In this document: positions 31,965 to 32,000 of the stretch, one piece after another | How positions within the stretch are numbered: position 1 is the stretch's first letter | Layout: every line of letters starts with the position of its first letter | Assembly: GCF_000233715.2 (NCBI RefSeq) | Contig: NC_021184.1 | Coordinates: 4,015,486 to 4,047,485 of the forward strand | Source: Desulfoscipio gibsoniae DSM 7213 | GTDB taxonomy: Bacteria; Bacillota; Desulfotomaculia; Desulfotomaculales; Desulfallaceae | Direction: 5' to 3' | Length of the DNA: 32,000 bases | Notes under the pieces: generated by a model | Database searches by the model: none | Seen by the model: the letters and a program-made list of their open reading frames with translations, nothing else | What the model was told of the DNA's origin: nothing | Program-made: the position numbers and the translations under genes

Positions 31965-32000
31965 TTTGAATTACTATACCATATAAAGGCGACACCATCA

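Overview
The window looks like an anaerobic aromatic-acid or heterocycle catabolic region from a Gram-positive-type bacterium. GGAGG-type ribosome binding sites are strong; a Peptococcaceae/Desulfotomaculum-like origin is only a guess. Nearly all genes are on the minus strand.

Left half (1-16000), in coordinate order:
- A partial tungsten-type aldehyde:ferredoxin oxidoreductase gene with an FAD oxidoreductase gene abutting it.
- Two paralogous three-subunit xanthine-dehydrogenase-family molybdoenzymes (FAD, 2Fe-2S and Mo subunits, CoxM/S/L order).
- Between those two sets, PadR and IclR regulators and a full molybdenum-cofactor maturation set: a molybdopterin-binding protein, XdhC, a YqeB-like protein, MocA and a YqeC-like protein. 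This is the signature described for selenium-dependent molybdenum hydroxylases.

Right half (20200-32000), following the direction of transcription:
- A CBS-domain sigma-54 activator and an AMP-forming acyl/aryl-CoA ligase.
- A regulator that fuses an XylR_N/V4R aromatic-sensor domain to a PucR-type output.
- A PNPOx-like flavoprotein and a PaaK-like CoA ligase.
- A 63-aa ORF, a UbiD-family (de)carboxylase, UbiX and an amidohydrolase_2 protein.

Most unusual locus: a plus-strand, visibly AT-rich cassette of about 3.3 kb (16100-19375) sits between the two halves. It encodes a RavA-like MoxR AAA+ ATPase and a ViaA-like VWA protein. An iteron-like repeat array precedes it. A decayed paralogue of the V4R-PucR regulator, truncated at its 5' end and internally deleted, follows it directly.

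Other non-coding features:
- A composite dispersed repeat with an internal AACTTTC heptad array, present at two 3' gene ends.
- Several intrinsic terminators.
- Two good sigma-A promoters.
- One promoter that fits both sigma-54 and extended -10 consensus.
- Several palindromic candidate operators.

No rRNA, tRNA, CRISPR array, transposase or integrase was seen.
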